The notes under the pieces were generated by a model. The model saw only the letters and a program-made list of their open reading frames with translations, ran no database searches and was not told the DNA's origin. Positions 1 to 11,167 of a DNA stretch of 55,071 nucleotides are shown here, in pieces. Each line of letters starts with the position of its first letter. Position 1 is the first letter of the stretch. The translations under genes were made by a program, and so were the position numbers. The stretch is from Trichosphaerium sp. ATCC 40318 (taxonomy: Eukaryota > Protista > Tubulinea), in NCBI GenBank assembly GCA_038496445.1, contig JALMLS010000467.1, positions 1 through 55,071 on the forward strand, read 5' to 3'.

Positions 1-1955
1 TAAAGGCATGTAATTGTGAACAAGTGCCTTTTGTGTTGCTGTCATTCTGTTACAAAGTACTGTTTTTTTTGTATTAGAAATTAGACACGTGATAAAAAAG
101 TTTGAACGGGACTAGTCTTGACTATTTGGCTATGTGGTTCCTAGATGCAAACAAACCAATTTCCGCTTTGACCACATTGTACATAGAGGTACACGTTTTT
201 AAGTTAAACACAAGATACAGTGATGCCATAATACGTATGTTTGTGCTTCTTGCCTATGGAGTCAATGAGATGCAACTATGAAGGAGCCCTAATGTGGGTC
301 TTAAATGTAGCCATAGACTTATTAAACTAGAATTTATTCATCCGTTTCTGTCTTCTTGGAAGTAAAGCATATCTTCTTTATGTCTTTGTAGTAGTGCTTC
401 CTTCTTCAGGAATACTTGCTTCAGAAAGCGTTTCATATCCTACTGTTTGTTAGTTGTTAGATCAAATATAACATGAAAGAAAAGTACTAGTAATACTTGT
501 GTCTCCATTCTCTTCACTGTTTTCAGTGTGGTGCATAATTGTTGTTTCATTTCCATTTTCTTTTAATCCTTCTTCTAGAAATACATCAAAAGAAAGACAA
601 TCAAGTATAAAACAGTACGTTGCATTTTTGAGTATTCTACATGTTTTCTTCTTTTACTTCAAGAATAAGACAATCGTCACAAACAATAACGACAAAAGGA
701 CTACAGAATATATACTACCCAGTATAATACCAAGGCTGTATTTGTCAATAAGCCCTACTACCACAGCATGTTTCATTATCAGGATTGCAAAAAGAATGCA
801 GCTTCTGTTCACTTACACATTGCAACAAGTGAGTGTTATCACATCTACCACATTCAATATTGTTACAAGATAATTTACTGTATCACTAACGTTAGCAAGT
901 TTAATTGTTATGAAATAAGCACACCATTCTATAAGGCGAGAGTTGTTAAATGTCCGTTCATCAGGACAAATACTCAATAAGTTGTTTTCAAGATTCCTAC
1001 AATTTTCTTATCAGATGCCAGACACGATACAGCACCAAACAAAGTTGGCTTGAATGCAACTTACATTCTTCTTAAATTATTCCCTACTGGAGGTACACTA
1101 CCATATAGTAGATTATCGCTTAGATCTCTAGTGAGCTAAGTTAGTATCAACCGCAGAAATTATCTTGCATTTGGGTTATTCGTCCTTCAAAAAAGCTCTT
1201 TGGAATCGATCCAGTTATGTTGTTACTTGATAATAACCTACCGTGCCATTAGATAAATCCTATATTATTCATAGTAGACGTACAGTAAACTCATGTCTCG
1301 AGGTAACTCTGTAGGTAGAGTTGTGAAAAAGTTGGCTTCTCCAAAACTAGTTTTTTGTTATTCCTAACAACCCAAGGTTAAAACGCACAAACTGACTAAT
1401 CTCGATTGTGAAATAGCCTCAAGAGAACCACTTAATTCGTTTTCTGATACGTCCCTAAACAAGAAAACCAATTGGCAAACAATCATGAATGAAAATGCTT
1501 ACAAGCTTAGCATTGAAGGTGATATTGCCTTTAGAGGACCATATAAGTTGTTGTTATTGAGAGTCACAAACTGAAGTGACGTTGCATCACCAATGAAATC
1601 AGGTAAACCTCCAGTAAGTAGATTGTCTGATAAATTCCTGAAGAAAGTTAAAAAAACCTGACAGGTTAAGCAAAAACACGTGTACAAGTCCACAAGTATT
1701 GGGGAAACTGTATTTGATATCTCCCCGGTGATATTAGTACCGCGTATAGATATAATCTCTAAAGAAGCATCTAATAATGTCGGTGGTATAGTGCCATGAA
1801 CTCCTCTTTGTTGATGAATTGCGCTTAGTAATTTTTTTAGAGCGCAAAGCAGTCTCTTTTACGCAACGTACAATTCTTGAAAGTTAGAATCTACTCTGTC
1901 AAAGATATCGGGGATAGTACCAAATAGCGTGTTTTCTTCGAAAAACAATTCCCTA
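1..1955 (-). pseudogene. Decayed LRR-cysteine-rich-transmembrane receptor-like (possibly kinase) gene
   Basis: Exons read as plant-type LRRs (NLSDNLLTGGLPDF, TLNNNNLYGPL, LSSNNITGSIPK, DLSDNLLYGSVP), then a Cys-rich stretch and a TM helix (LGIILGSIYSVVLLSLLFVTIVLFL). An apparent frameshift precedes the TM and an in-frame TAA follows it. A kinase-like fragment (KALVHNYMPL) lies at the window edge. Confidence 0.55.
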
Positions 1956-2761
1956 CGCACGTGTCATTAGACATACAGGATTATTTGATTGGTATTTTTC
2001 ACGTGGATCACAGAACGCACATTCGAGAAACCGAACTCCCTGAGCAAACGAGAAAGCTATGACCAGTGCTATCTTGTATACTACACCAAGAATCAACGTT
2101 GGTTGTATCTAACTCAAAAGGCCATCCGGAGAAGCTCGCTAGAGGCACGTATAGTTAGCTATACATACCCAAACAGCATTTCACCTTTAAAGTCTTTCAA
2201 GAAGCTCACGTATCGAGAGGAGAGTTTAGCATTTACTAAAATAAAGAAGCTGAGTGCTAAAACGAATACTGACAATAGGGTCGGATGTTGAGGACTCATT
2301 GTTGTGGCCAAATGTTGCTGTGGTTTTCTTTAAATTCAACGAACAACCTCCTGGCTGAAGCCACAAAACCTGTTCACAGAAGTGCTCTTGTCTTTGGTGT
2401 ATTTTCACTTACACTATCTCCCTGTTGAACCTGGTGACAAAAGAACACTGTAGTCAAATGATACAAGAAGTATTCAGGCTATGAAGCTAACGAAAGGTTT
2501 TGCTGTAATTGAGCGTACCTCAAGTCAAACTTTTAGCGCTTTGATGTTGCTATATCAGGTAAAAAACACCCAAATTAAACCATTTACGATACTGTAAGTT
2601 TATCACTTACATGCAAGAATACAAGACGTAACATATCAAACTAAGTGGTTGTGCAACGACCTCCACCATCTTAGAATATGAAAACTTATCTCAGTAAAAA
2701 AAAAAAGTTTGAAGTATTCTGTTGTTTATTGTTCTACACTTTATCGTTCATGTCAGTTTAG

Positions 2762-4169
2762 TTATCCAAGTAACCAACCCATGCTAGTGCTTTTAGGAGC
2801 AACTTTTATTTGGCTTGGTTGATTCCAGCTTAAGTAGTATCCTATCTGTGCTTCTTTGATATCAGTAGATTTAGAAAAAGCATCAATTTTCCAAAGACGT
2901 TCAATGTACGCCCTGATGTTTGGATACTCATGAATGTGCTTTTCGTTAAGCTTGTATAATCCGTAATAAACAGAGTCGAACCGAATCACGTGTACGAAAA
3001 CATAGACATCAGCAAGAGTGAGTTTGTCGCCGAACACATATTTTCTTCCGTCAGAAAATCGCTTGTCCAAGTCTTCAAGAGCTTTAAAGACAGAGTCGTA
3101 GTACTTACTGTATACATCCTTATCTTTAGCGAAACCAGCACGATATATAGCGGATACGAAGCTACTTCCGATATTGTCGTTGAAAGCGTCAATGTCCTTA
3201 CGCTGGGATTCAGGGTATAAGTCCAGTTCTGGGGCTTTTGAAACGTCATTAAAGCTACTGTTTAGCATTCTTATTATTTCAGCTGACTCTGTATTTACGA
3301 CTTTGTTAAGCTTCTTATCGTAGAATACGGGTACAGAAAATCGCGATGGAGGATTATCAGTACCAAGCTATGAACTTTGTTAACATGAACATACCTTCAG
3401 AAAATAAACTTACTCGGTAAATATCAGGTACAGTCTTGGTGTCTTTCACTGGATTAGGTTCTCCATCCTTCGCTATATGTGGTGTAAGTGTTTATGTAGC
3501 TGTGGGGCGAAAGTTTAAGTCTTACCAGCGTAGACATTGTCTAGTTTCCATCCCGTCTCAGATTGAATAGAGCAAGCTATAGTTAACCCAATGCTATCTT
3601 CTAAGCCTTTCAGTCTTCTCACAATTTCTGTTCTATCAATGCAAATAAGCACAACAGTGTCAAGCGCAAAGTTAAAGGCAAAGAGAAGAAAAAACAAAAG
3701 CAACAAATGCCTACACTCTCGCTATACTTCAAAAAGGAAAAGCACGTGACAGCGGATAAATTTGCGGTAAATTTTTCACTATGAATTTCTAACGGTGCTT
3801 GGTTATACACCTTGCAAACTATGGGTTGACAATCAGACGACCACAAAAGGTGTGAATGATTTCGGAATAATTTAAAGGCAAAAAAGGAAAGACACCCGAG
3901 GGTAGCTTGAAGAAGCGTAGATACCCTTATGGTCAATAGTAATACGTGCCTGTGTGCGAATGGGCATAGTTTTGCTGTAAATAAATGATAGCGACCAGCT
4001 TCTGGTTGGTGTGGTCCTTCTTTTGTTATTTCGTTTTGTACGCCAACTGTAGTGACATGACACGTTTTAAAGTCGTCTCTAAAGGCAAGTTAATGTTGGA
4101 AAGTGTCAAAGAGCATAAATGCTCTAGAAATAAGATAAAGCTCCACCCTTTAGTTGATTTAGATGCCAT
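2762..4169 (-). CDS. Glutathionyl-hydroquinone reductase / GST omega-Xi class (ECM4/YqjG-like), multi-exon
   Basis: Spliced reading gives EAGRYHLF..CPFAHR-TEIVRRLKGLED, RFSVPVFYDKK, and the C-terminal exon LDLYPE...IYRAGFA...LTLADV...IRFDSVY, all typical of this family. The start exon MASKSTKG is inferred. Confidence 0.9.
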
Positions 4170-4236
4170 AGTGTGACGTTGGATTGATTGTGGTGAGTTT
4201 GATGTGAATTAACGTCAATTCTGGTCAAAACGTGAG

Positions 4237-5533
4237 ATGGCGTCAAAAAAGGGGGCGAATAGGCGGAAAATACTATTTTGTGGCCTAGGTGGAGGTTTGG
4301 ACATTGTTAATGCCAGTCTCCTTTATTTTATGGCAAAACGCGAGGGTACACATGATGTCGCTATAGGAAGTAGTAGACCATGTACTGTTGACAAAATGAC
4401 TAATCACAAAAAATTTCACCAATTTGGCACAGTAATTAACCCAGAGACCGTTATAAATTACCCCGGAAGGTACCATGACGCAAAAAATAAGGAAAACCAA
4501 TCAAGGCGCCTTCAGTGACTTTTTTTTGCTGAAACGGAGTAGATACGCAGAACCAAAGATCTCAAAGGCCCTAAATGAAGATGTTATTTATTATGCAAGG
4601 TGGAAAGATGAAAACTCTAGGTTCTACGAACCAAGAAACCTCAAAAATGCCGTTTCAACATCATTTAAAAAATTTGGTTTATCAAACATTATATTCGTTG
4701 TACGTCACAGCCTACCCTTTAAAAGCGTTAATAACAGGACCTCTCTTAAATTAAAAATACTCACAGATACTAGGATGGTGGTGGAGACTCTCTAATCCTC
4801 CAAAAGTCAGACTGGACGTCGCCAAAAACTGATCCTTTTAAAGGAGGAGATGCACAAGTTTTATCATCGATAAAGTCCGTAAAAAACGTATACCACGTAT
4901 GTACACAATGTCTTATGAGTTGATTGAACTCCCATGAGTTGTTTTAGTAAGCTTAGCTCTTGTTTTAGGCTGTCATCTCAGTTGGCTTAGACATTCTCGA
5001 AGAAGCGTTTCAAAAAAACGTTGACATGCTTAGAAATGCAGGCGGTTTTTATGGCTGTATTAATCTCAAGACAGGTAAGATCAATATCTATTGAGTATAA
5101 GTTGTACTAATATTGTTCGCATTGTAAAAAGGTGAAAAGAAAGAGTGGAAGTTAGAACACTTGCTTGCTTTTAATGATACTTCATTTCTTGAAGATTATT
5201 TCGCTTTTGCAGAAAAGGTTCTTGTGATCAAACCTGAAGATCAAAAAGACAAATCCAAGACAAAGTCGCATACAGCTGTTACTACATATCATGCACTAAA
5301 GGTGAGTAATTATTATACATTTAACTTTGTGTCAACGCTTTATTTTTATCCTTTATTTATCAGCTTTTCCTGTTTTTTTCTCACTTGCGCCCCAGGGTAA
5401 TTATGGTCCACAACCCACCTATGTGCAGTGGTGTCCAAAAGGAGGCGTACAAGTTAAACCAGAGCATTGTTGGATGTACTTTTTTAATCCAAAAATCGTT
5501 GAACAAGTAAAGTACCAGCTACGACAGAAATAA
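4237..5533 (+). CDS. DUF1152-like protein, multi-exon
   Basis: GLGGGLDI motif near the N-terminus and spliced FVDGGGDSLIL resemble the DUF1152 family; GT-AG introns join the short ORFs. Confidence 0.65.
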
Positions 5534-6008
5534 TCTGCGTTTGCATCACAACCACTTGTCAGACTCAACGTCTTTACAGTTGCATATCTATTCTATAGAT
5601 GGCCAGTCTATAAAATCATCAAAAAAGTAACTTATATATGAGAGGTACCAAAAAAAACAGAATTCAAAAAAACCAGCGGCCTCACCTAGCTTTTGGTTTG
5701 ATTGCATTGCGGATTTTTTACCCTGATGCAAAGCACATACAAAATGACAGTGTATAAAGTAAAATGAGGTTATTTCGTCGCCTTATCACTGGACAACATG
5801 TCCAAGGCATCAAACTTGAAACTGTTTGCAATACGTCATTTGTTCAAAACTGTTGTCGGTAACCCTCAAACCAAATTAGGTTGGTGTTATCAACTGTCAT
5901 TCTCGCAACAACAAAAAATTAGCTTTCAGAGCGTGCTAAATATCAGCGAAATAAAATGCAATACACTATCTATCAAAGAGAGCAGCAATTAATACTCATT
6001 TTGATGAA

Positions 6009-6436
6009 ATGTTACAAAAGAAAGGAATATGGATACAATGGTATGAAAGTGGAGAGGTTGCACAACATGCCATGTGGGTTAATGGCATAAGGGATGGTGT
6101 GAGCGGTCAAATTAAGTATCAGGGTACATGGGTTGATGGTAAAGCACATGGCAAATTTAGCTGGTACAAAAATAGACAACTAGTGTTCCAGACCACATGG
6201 GCTGATGGTAAAAAACATGGTGAACATAAAGAGGCATGAAAATAGACAGCTTAGAGAACAAAGTATGTGGATCAATGGTAAACTACACGGTGAAAGCAAA
6301 GTCTGGTATGAAAATAGACAACTTCAGTCACAAGGTATGTAAGTTGATGATATACAACACGAAACCAATATGGAAAGAAAATGGACAACTTAAGAAAGAG
6401 TTACTGTGGATTGAAGGTAAATTACAACAAGTTTAG
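6009..6436 (+). pseudogene. MORN-variant (YwqK-like) repeat ORF, frameshifted
   Basis: Repeats of WYESG..., WVDGKAHGKF.WY, WADGKKHGEH and WKENGQLK are spread over shifting frames; no introns seen. Confidence 0.6.
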
Positions 6437-7396
6437 ATTGTTGTTTTAACGCTGCACTTTCTATACTCTTGCAAATCTACAAGGAAAATTACACTTTTGG
6501 AACTTTATTTCAACTAACGCAGAGGAATGCAGATTCTTGTCATCATAGTCAGTTAAACCAATTAATTTCACAACATGCGTGTTTTTTTAATAGTTGATTT
6601 GTGGTTTAAGGCATGTCCTCTTCTTTTATTAGTTGGCTATGCATGTCCTCTAATTTTACTAATTAGATTACGTCGAATTATTTTCTGATTATAGACCATT
6701 GGTAGCACATTTTTCACAATCACGTGTTTTAGAAAATTACCATTCTGTTAACAGTAATTTAAACACAAACCAGCCGTAAATCCTTTTCAGTGAGGGCTAT
6801 TTGGCCTAATTACTGTTACAATAATGCCTCTACAGTAGGCCTCTAATTTAGGTCGCTCACTATGGGGCTCGACCCTTTATTTTGCCCCTTACTTAACACA
6901 CCTAATGCCCATTAGTGAAACTTTGTGAAAATTTAAGACAATAAAACTGTAACAAGTGGTAAAGAACCAGTTTTGTGTTGTCACAAGGTAGAAAACTCAG
7001 GTAATTTGCAGCTTGCTTGAGCTTCGCTGTTGCATTAAGGTACTCTAGTACTCTGCCAATGGTAAGTAATAATGATAATTAGTGCATTAAGTGAGCGCCT
7101 TAATAGTAAGATTACCCCAGTAAGACACATATTGTGAATATGAAAATAGATATTTTATGTGAACTGCAAGCCCTCAGATGATCTAATACGCTGCCAATGG
7201 TAGATATACATAGTACTGTTAAATACCCCTTTAAGGGTCTGTCTTTTTTATTTCTCTTTGTTGTATACCAAGGTTTGCAAAAGATCATGAATATGACCAG
7301 AAATGAAATAATCTTTAAAAGGTGTTCTTGAGTCGCGTATAACATAATCAACATCAACATGAGACTATATTCAGCTTAGTGACCTTGTATTTTATA

Positions 7397-8234
7397 CTAA
7401 CGACGAACCTGTTTTATGTTAAGAGTATCTCCATATTGGTACCATACATCGCTACCTAATGGGTATTTTATACCCACTTTGAGGTTGACAAGCTTTTGAA
7501 ATTCTTCTTTCTTTGTTGACTTCACCAAAATTGTTAAAAGTGAGTCGTATTCATTTATTGCTGCCCATACAAACGCTCTAGTATGCTTTCCTCCAGATAA
7601 TATACCTACATGATCTACATTAACCACTTGAACAAAGTTAAAACCTCAGAGGTGAAACGTACCAGAGACGAAGTTATGAAGGATGAATTGTTGACCTTTA
7701 AAACCCTTGTCTTTGCGACAGTACTCACAAAATTTGTCTCCACGTGCTATCATATTAATTCTTAACAAATAGACGACCTATAGATTGTACTTACTGACAT
7801 ACTTGACCAAAAGAGCAAGACCAACCCTGTTAGAAAAAAGTCAAAAAAAAAAAACATGTTTTACTCAAAAAACTCAACTTTCCTTGCTTTGAAGTGGTAA
7901 GACTGTTCCTCTGAACTTCTCTTCTCTCTGATGAAGTAGTAACGTGATACAGGCGATCTCTCAGTGCTAGTAGTAGATCCTCCAAAAGATTTCTAGGAAA
8001 GAAAATAAGTTTTGAATGAAAAGCTTCTGTTTTCAAATAAAATGGTATTGCGCTTCCAAAAGCACGACGTACGTTAAAACTATACTTCCATATATCGTCT
8101 GACGTTAATATACCGTTCCATGCTTTCGAAACAATGATACAAGAGCATAGAGAGTCTACAAGTAACTGTTTAAAACACATATGATGTATTTCGCTAGGTA
8201 AATCATTAAAACAAAGTGCAGCTGTTATTGACAT
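7397..8234 (-). CDS. F-box protein, multi-exon
   Basis: N-terminal FNDLPSEIHHMCF..L....L..C..VSKAWN.I...D.IWK matches the F-box pattern; downstream exons are inferred. Confidence 0.7.
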
Positions 8235-8820
8235 TGTTGCTAATGCGTTTTGGTTTTAAGTCAAACCAGAAAGTTTAAGTAGAGACGAAAAAGGAAATTT
8301 GAAAAAAAGTTTCAACAAGTGCCGTTGAATGACCTGAACATTTGGGGTAATAGCGTATGTTACATGGTTGAGAAAAAAGTACGATGAATCACACGTATCA
8401 ATCTCAAAAAACCTTCAAAGAAGAGGTGCCCGCTGTGAGAAAAAACTTGGTTTTTTTTTGAAATTTTTTGTTTATTAACCAATATTTACACTCGAATAGG
8501 AAAGAGAGTGAGACACCACGTTTACTTTTTTTCAAATAAAATAACATGGAGAAACTCCTTGTGTTTCACCTATCTTACAAAGGTGCAGAAAAATCACATT
8601 GAGATCCTTTGGTTTCATCGGAAACAAGAAGCTAAAAAACAACAATAAGTCAAAAATAGGCAAAAAAAAAAAAGAAAAAGAAAGCTCCCACGTGTTTCAA
8701 ATGAAATAAAACTCTTATTTACAAAAACTCTAATAATGGGAGGCTCTTTAGACATATTAAAATATATGAATAGTACGGCATGTCAAATGAAAAAACATGC
8801 AAAAAAAAAAACCTCAAAAA

Positions 8821-11015
8821 TCATGAGTAAAAAAAATTCAACTTTCTATCGATCTTGTCTTGTCTTATCTTTCGTACATTTTTGGCTTTTTCTTCTTCAC
8901 CAGCATCTAGAGCCTTTTTCTTTTCCTCTCTCTCTTGCCAGTAATTATTTTTATAGATATAGGTCCATCCAGCAGGTTCATTAACATCATCTATTTTTTC
9001 AAACCATTTTGGTACCCATGGCTTATCACCACGCTTAGTAGCATTATCTCTTTGTCTTTGCTCAACCTTTAGCTTGAGTGCAGTAGCCTCTTCGATTTTT
9101 TCTTGTTCGAGTAGAATACGGTCAGGACGAAGTCTAGAGTCGGTAGGAGGTAAAAGTTTTTCATAAGCTTCATCTCTATCTAAAAGAAAAACGTGTAAGC
9201 ACAATAACAAAAAAAAAAAAGCGAGTCTCCCATGACGTACCACTAAGTGTTTTTGCATATTGAGTCATATTATGTTTATCACCAGTATACCATTTCTAAA
9301 ATAATCTATTAATATCATATTTTGTTCACATGACTCGGAGATAAAAATACTTTTTGAAAATTTTTAGTCGAAAGGGCTCAGGCCGTTTTTATCATCAAAG
9401 AGAGTGCTACAAGGTAAAACACCAAGAGCTCTCGATATGACTCGTCATGTTGTAACCATCATAACGCCCAACCATATTTTTTTTTAAACGTCAAGTTTGA
9501 AAACCAAAAAAAAAAAATCTTGGCTGAAATGTTTAGAGTGACGTACTTCAGGTACACGCCATAATTCAATTTCTTCACCAGCTTTGTGGCTAGAACTATC
9601 TACGAGCCATTTTGCTTTGATGAAGGTGTTCCATTTACCAGTAAGCTCAATTCTATAAACGAATTAGTAAAGACAATCAGATAACGTAAAAACAAAAGCC
9701 AGATGCAAGGTCAAAGCAATCTGCTGTTATAACATACAATTTCTCGCCCTTGGAGTTGGTAATGTATCCTTTGATATCATATATAGCGCTGAACAAGTTT
9801 GTCCAACCACATTTTTGGAAGGTAACAGAGCAAGACTCTTTTGTTTTCAAGTTAATGATTTTCAATTCGCCAAAATGCTCCAACCATGTTTGGCCGACAA
9901 TAATGCTCTGAACACGAGTGCTAGTAATAAGTATAAGTACCACATAGAAGGGGAAGGAAATCAAAGGTCATATAGCGAAGATAGGACATAATTAATCCAA
10001 TTTTTTCTCAAATGCTATAAACACGTACCTTGGTGTTCTGAACCAGTAATGCTCATCCTTTGCTGGGAAAACAAGATGAGAACTTGCTCTATAAGTGCAT
10101 CAGTGATGATATGTCGGAGTAAGGAGACTAGGTTATGAAGCCAACTTATATTGCCAAAAGGTACTAGTAACGTACTTGGTATCAATGTCCAATGCGTTAC
10201 CCAAAAAGCGAGTTTCGAGACGACTTACTTGCCAAAATTTCCACGTATCAGCTTCTACGTGGTTCGCTGTTATTGGAGGGTGGTGACTGACCTATTCTAG
10301 TGATTAGAATTCGAATGTACGCACATCTTAAAACAAGAATTCACCAACATAAAATGGGGTAACGTGCCTGCTCAGCGAGGAATTTGCAACCATTGCTTGA
10401 TACATGCTCGTAAGTCTCACCAAGTACTGGGTTGAAATTTGTGTCTTAAAAGATATTAGATTCATTGTTTAAACTCGTTTTAACGCTTTTTAGGCGTTTG
10501 GGTAACGACTACGTGTTTCGAAAATATTTATGCGTACAATAACGCTCTGTACTGGCAACACCAGACACAGCAAATGCACACACATACGCCAATCTATCCA
10601 TGGAATCGACTTGTTTTTCAGCGTCGTGTAGCAATTTACAGAAAGCCATTGTTTCTGCTGACCTCTGTAGTACAGTGAGAGGCTCATAGTACTGACAAGG
10701 TAGCGATAGGCCAGCTCTTATTAGATCAACGCCTAATTTTCCTGGGGACACTGTAAGGCAAAGAACGGCGCAAAAAACAACAAATAATTGCAAAAGTGGC
10801 CGGAAAAGGATTAATGAGCGCGTTTAACGCGTCCCAACAAATGTTACAAGTTAAATACCGTAAGTGAGGTTCCACAGCGTAGCAGCCCATGTATCTGCCT
10901 CGTCTGGTTTATCCGGCATTTCTGCTTTCTCATCTTTTTGAGCACTTTGCTCGGTACCACCCCAAACCCAACCGGAAACAGCGTCAGTAAGTCCTGTGAT
11001 ATTAAACATGGACAT
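8821..11015 (-). CDS. Oxysterol-binding protein family (ORD-only), multi-exon
   Basis: Signature EQ/VSHHPP is split by a GC-AG intron (10292-10367); also SLPCQYYEPLTVLQR, FNPVLGETYE and LPPTDSRLRPD. Confidence 0.93.
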
Positions 11016-11167
11016 TCAATGTGTAGTTCGGCAGTTTTGATCCGACAAGATTTTAACACCAAAACCAGTTTGAGCCAAATGCGGAAATGCGCTAACAACT
11101 CCCAATTTCGTTTCTATTAGTTACAATACCACGTCAACTACTAACATATAACCCCGGGAACCTTGTT

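Noticed and set aside
650-670. In-frame TAA suggesting stop-codon reassignment
   Set aside because: Conserved genes here end in TAA, TAG or TGA and lack internal stops; better explained as a pseudogene lesion.
1989-2291. 100-aa plus-strand ORF next to the LRR pseudogene
   Set aside because: Non-ATG start and no recognisable motif; cannot be supported as a gene.
6860-6890. ggggctcgacc resembling a tRNA T-arm
   Set aside because: No cloverleaf or acceptor stem can be built.
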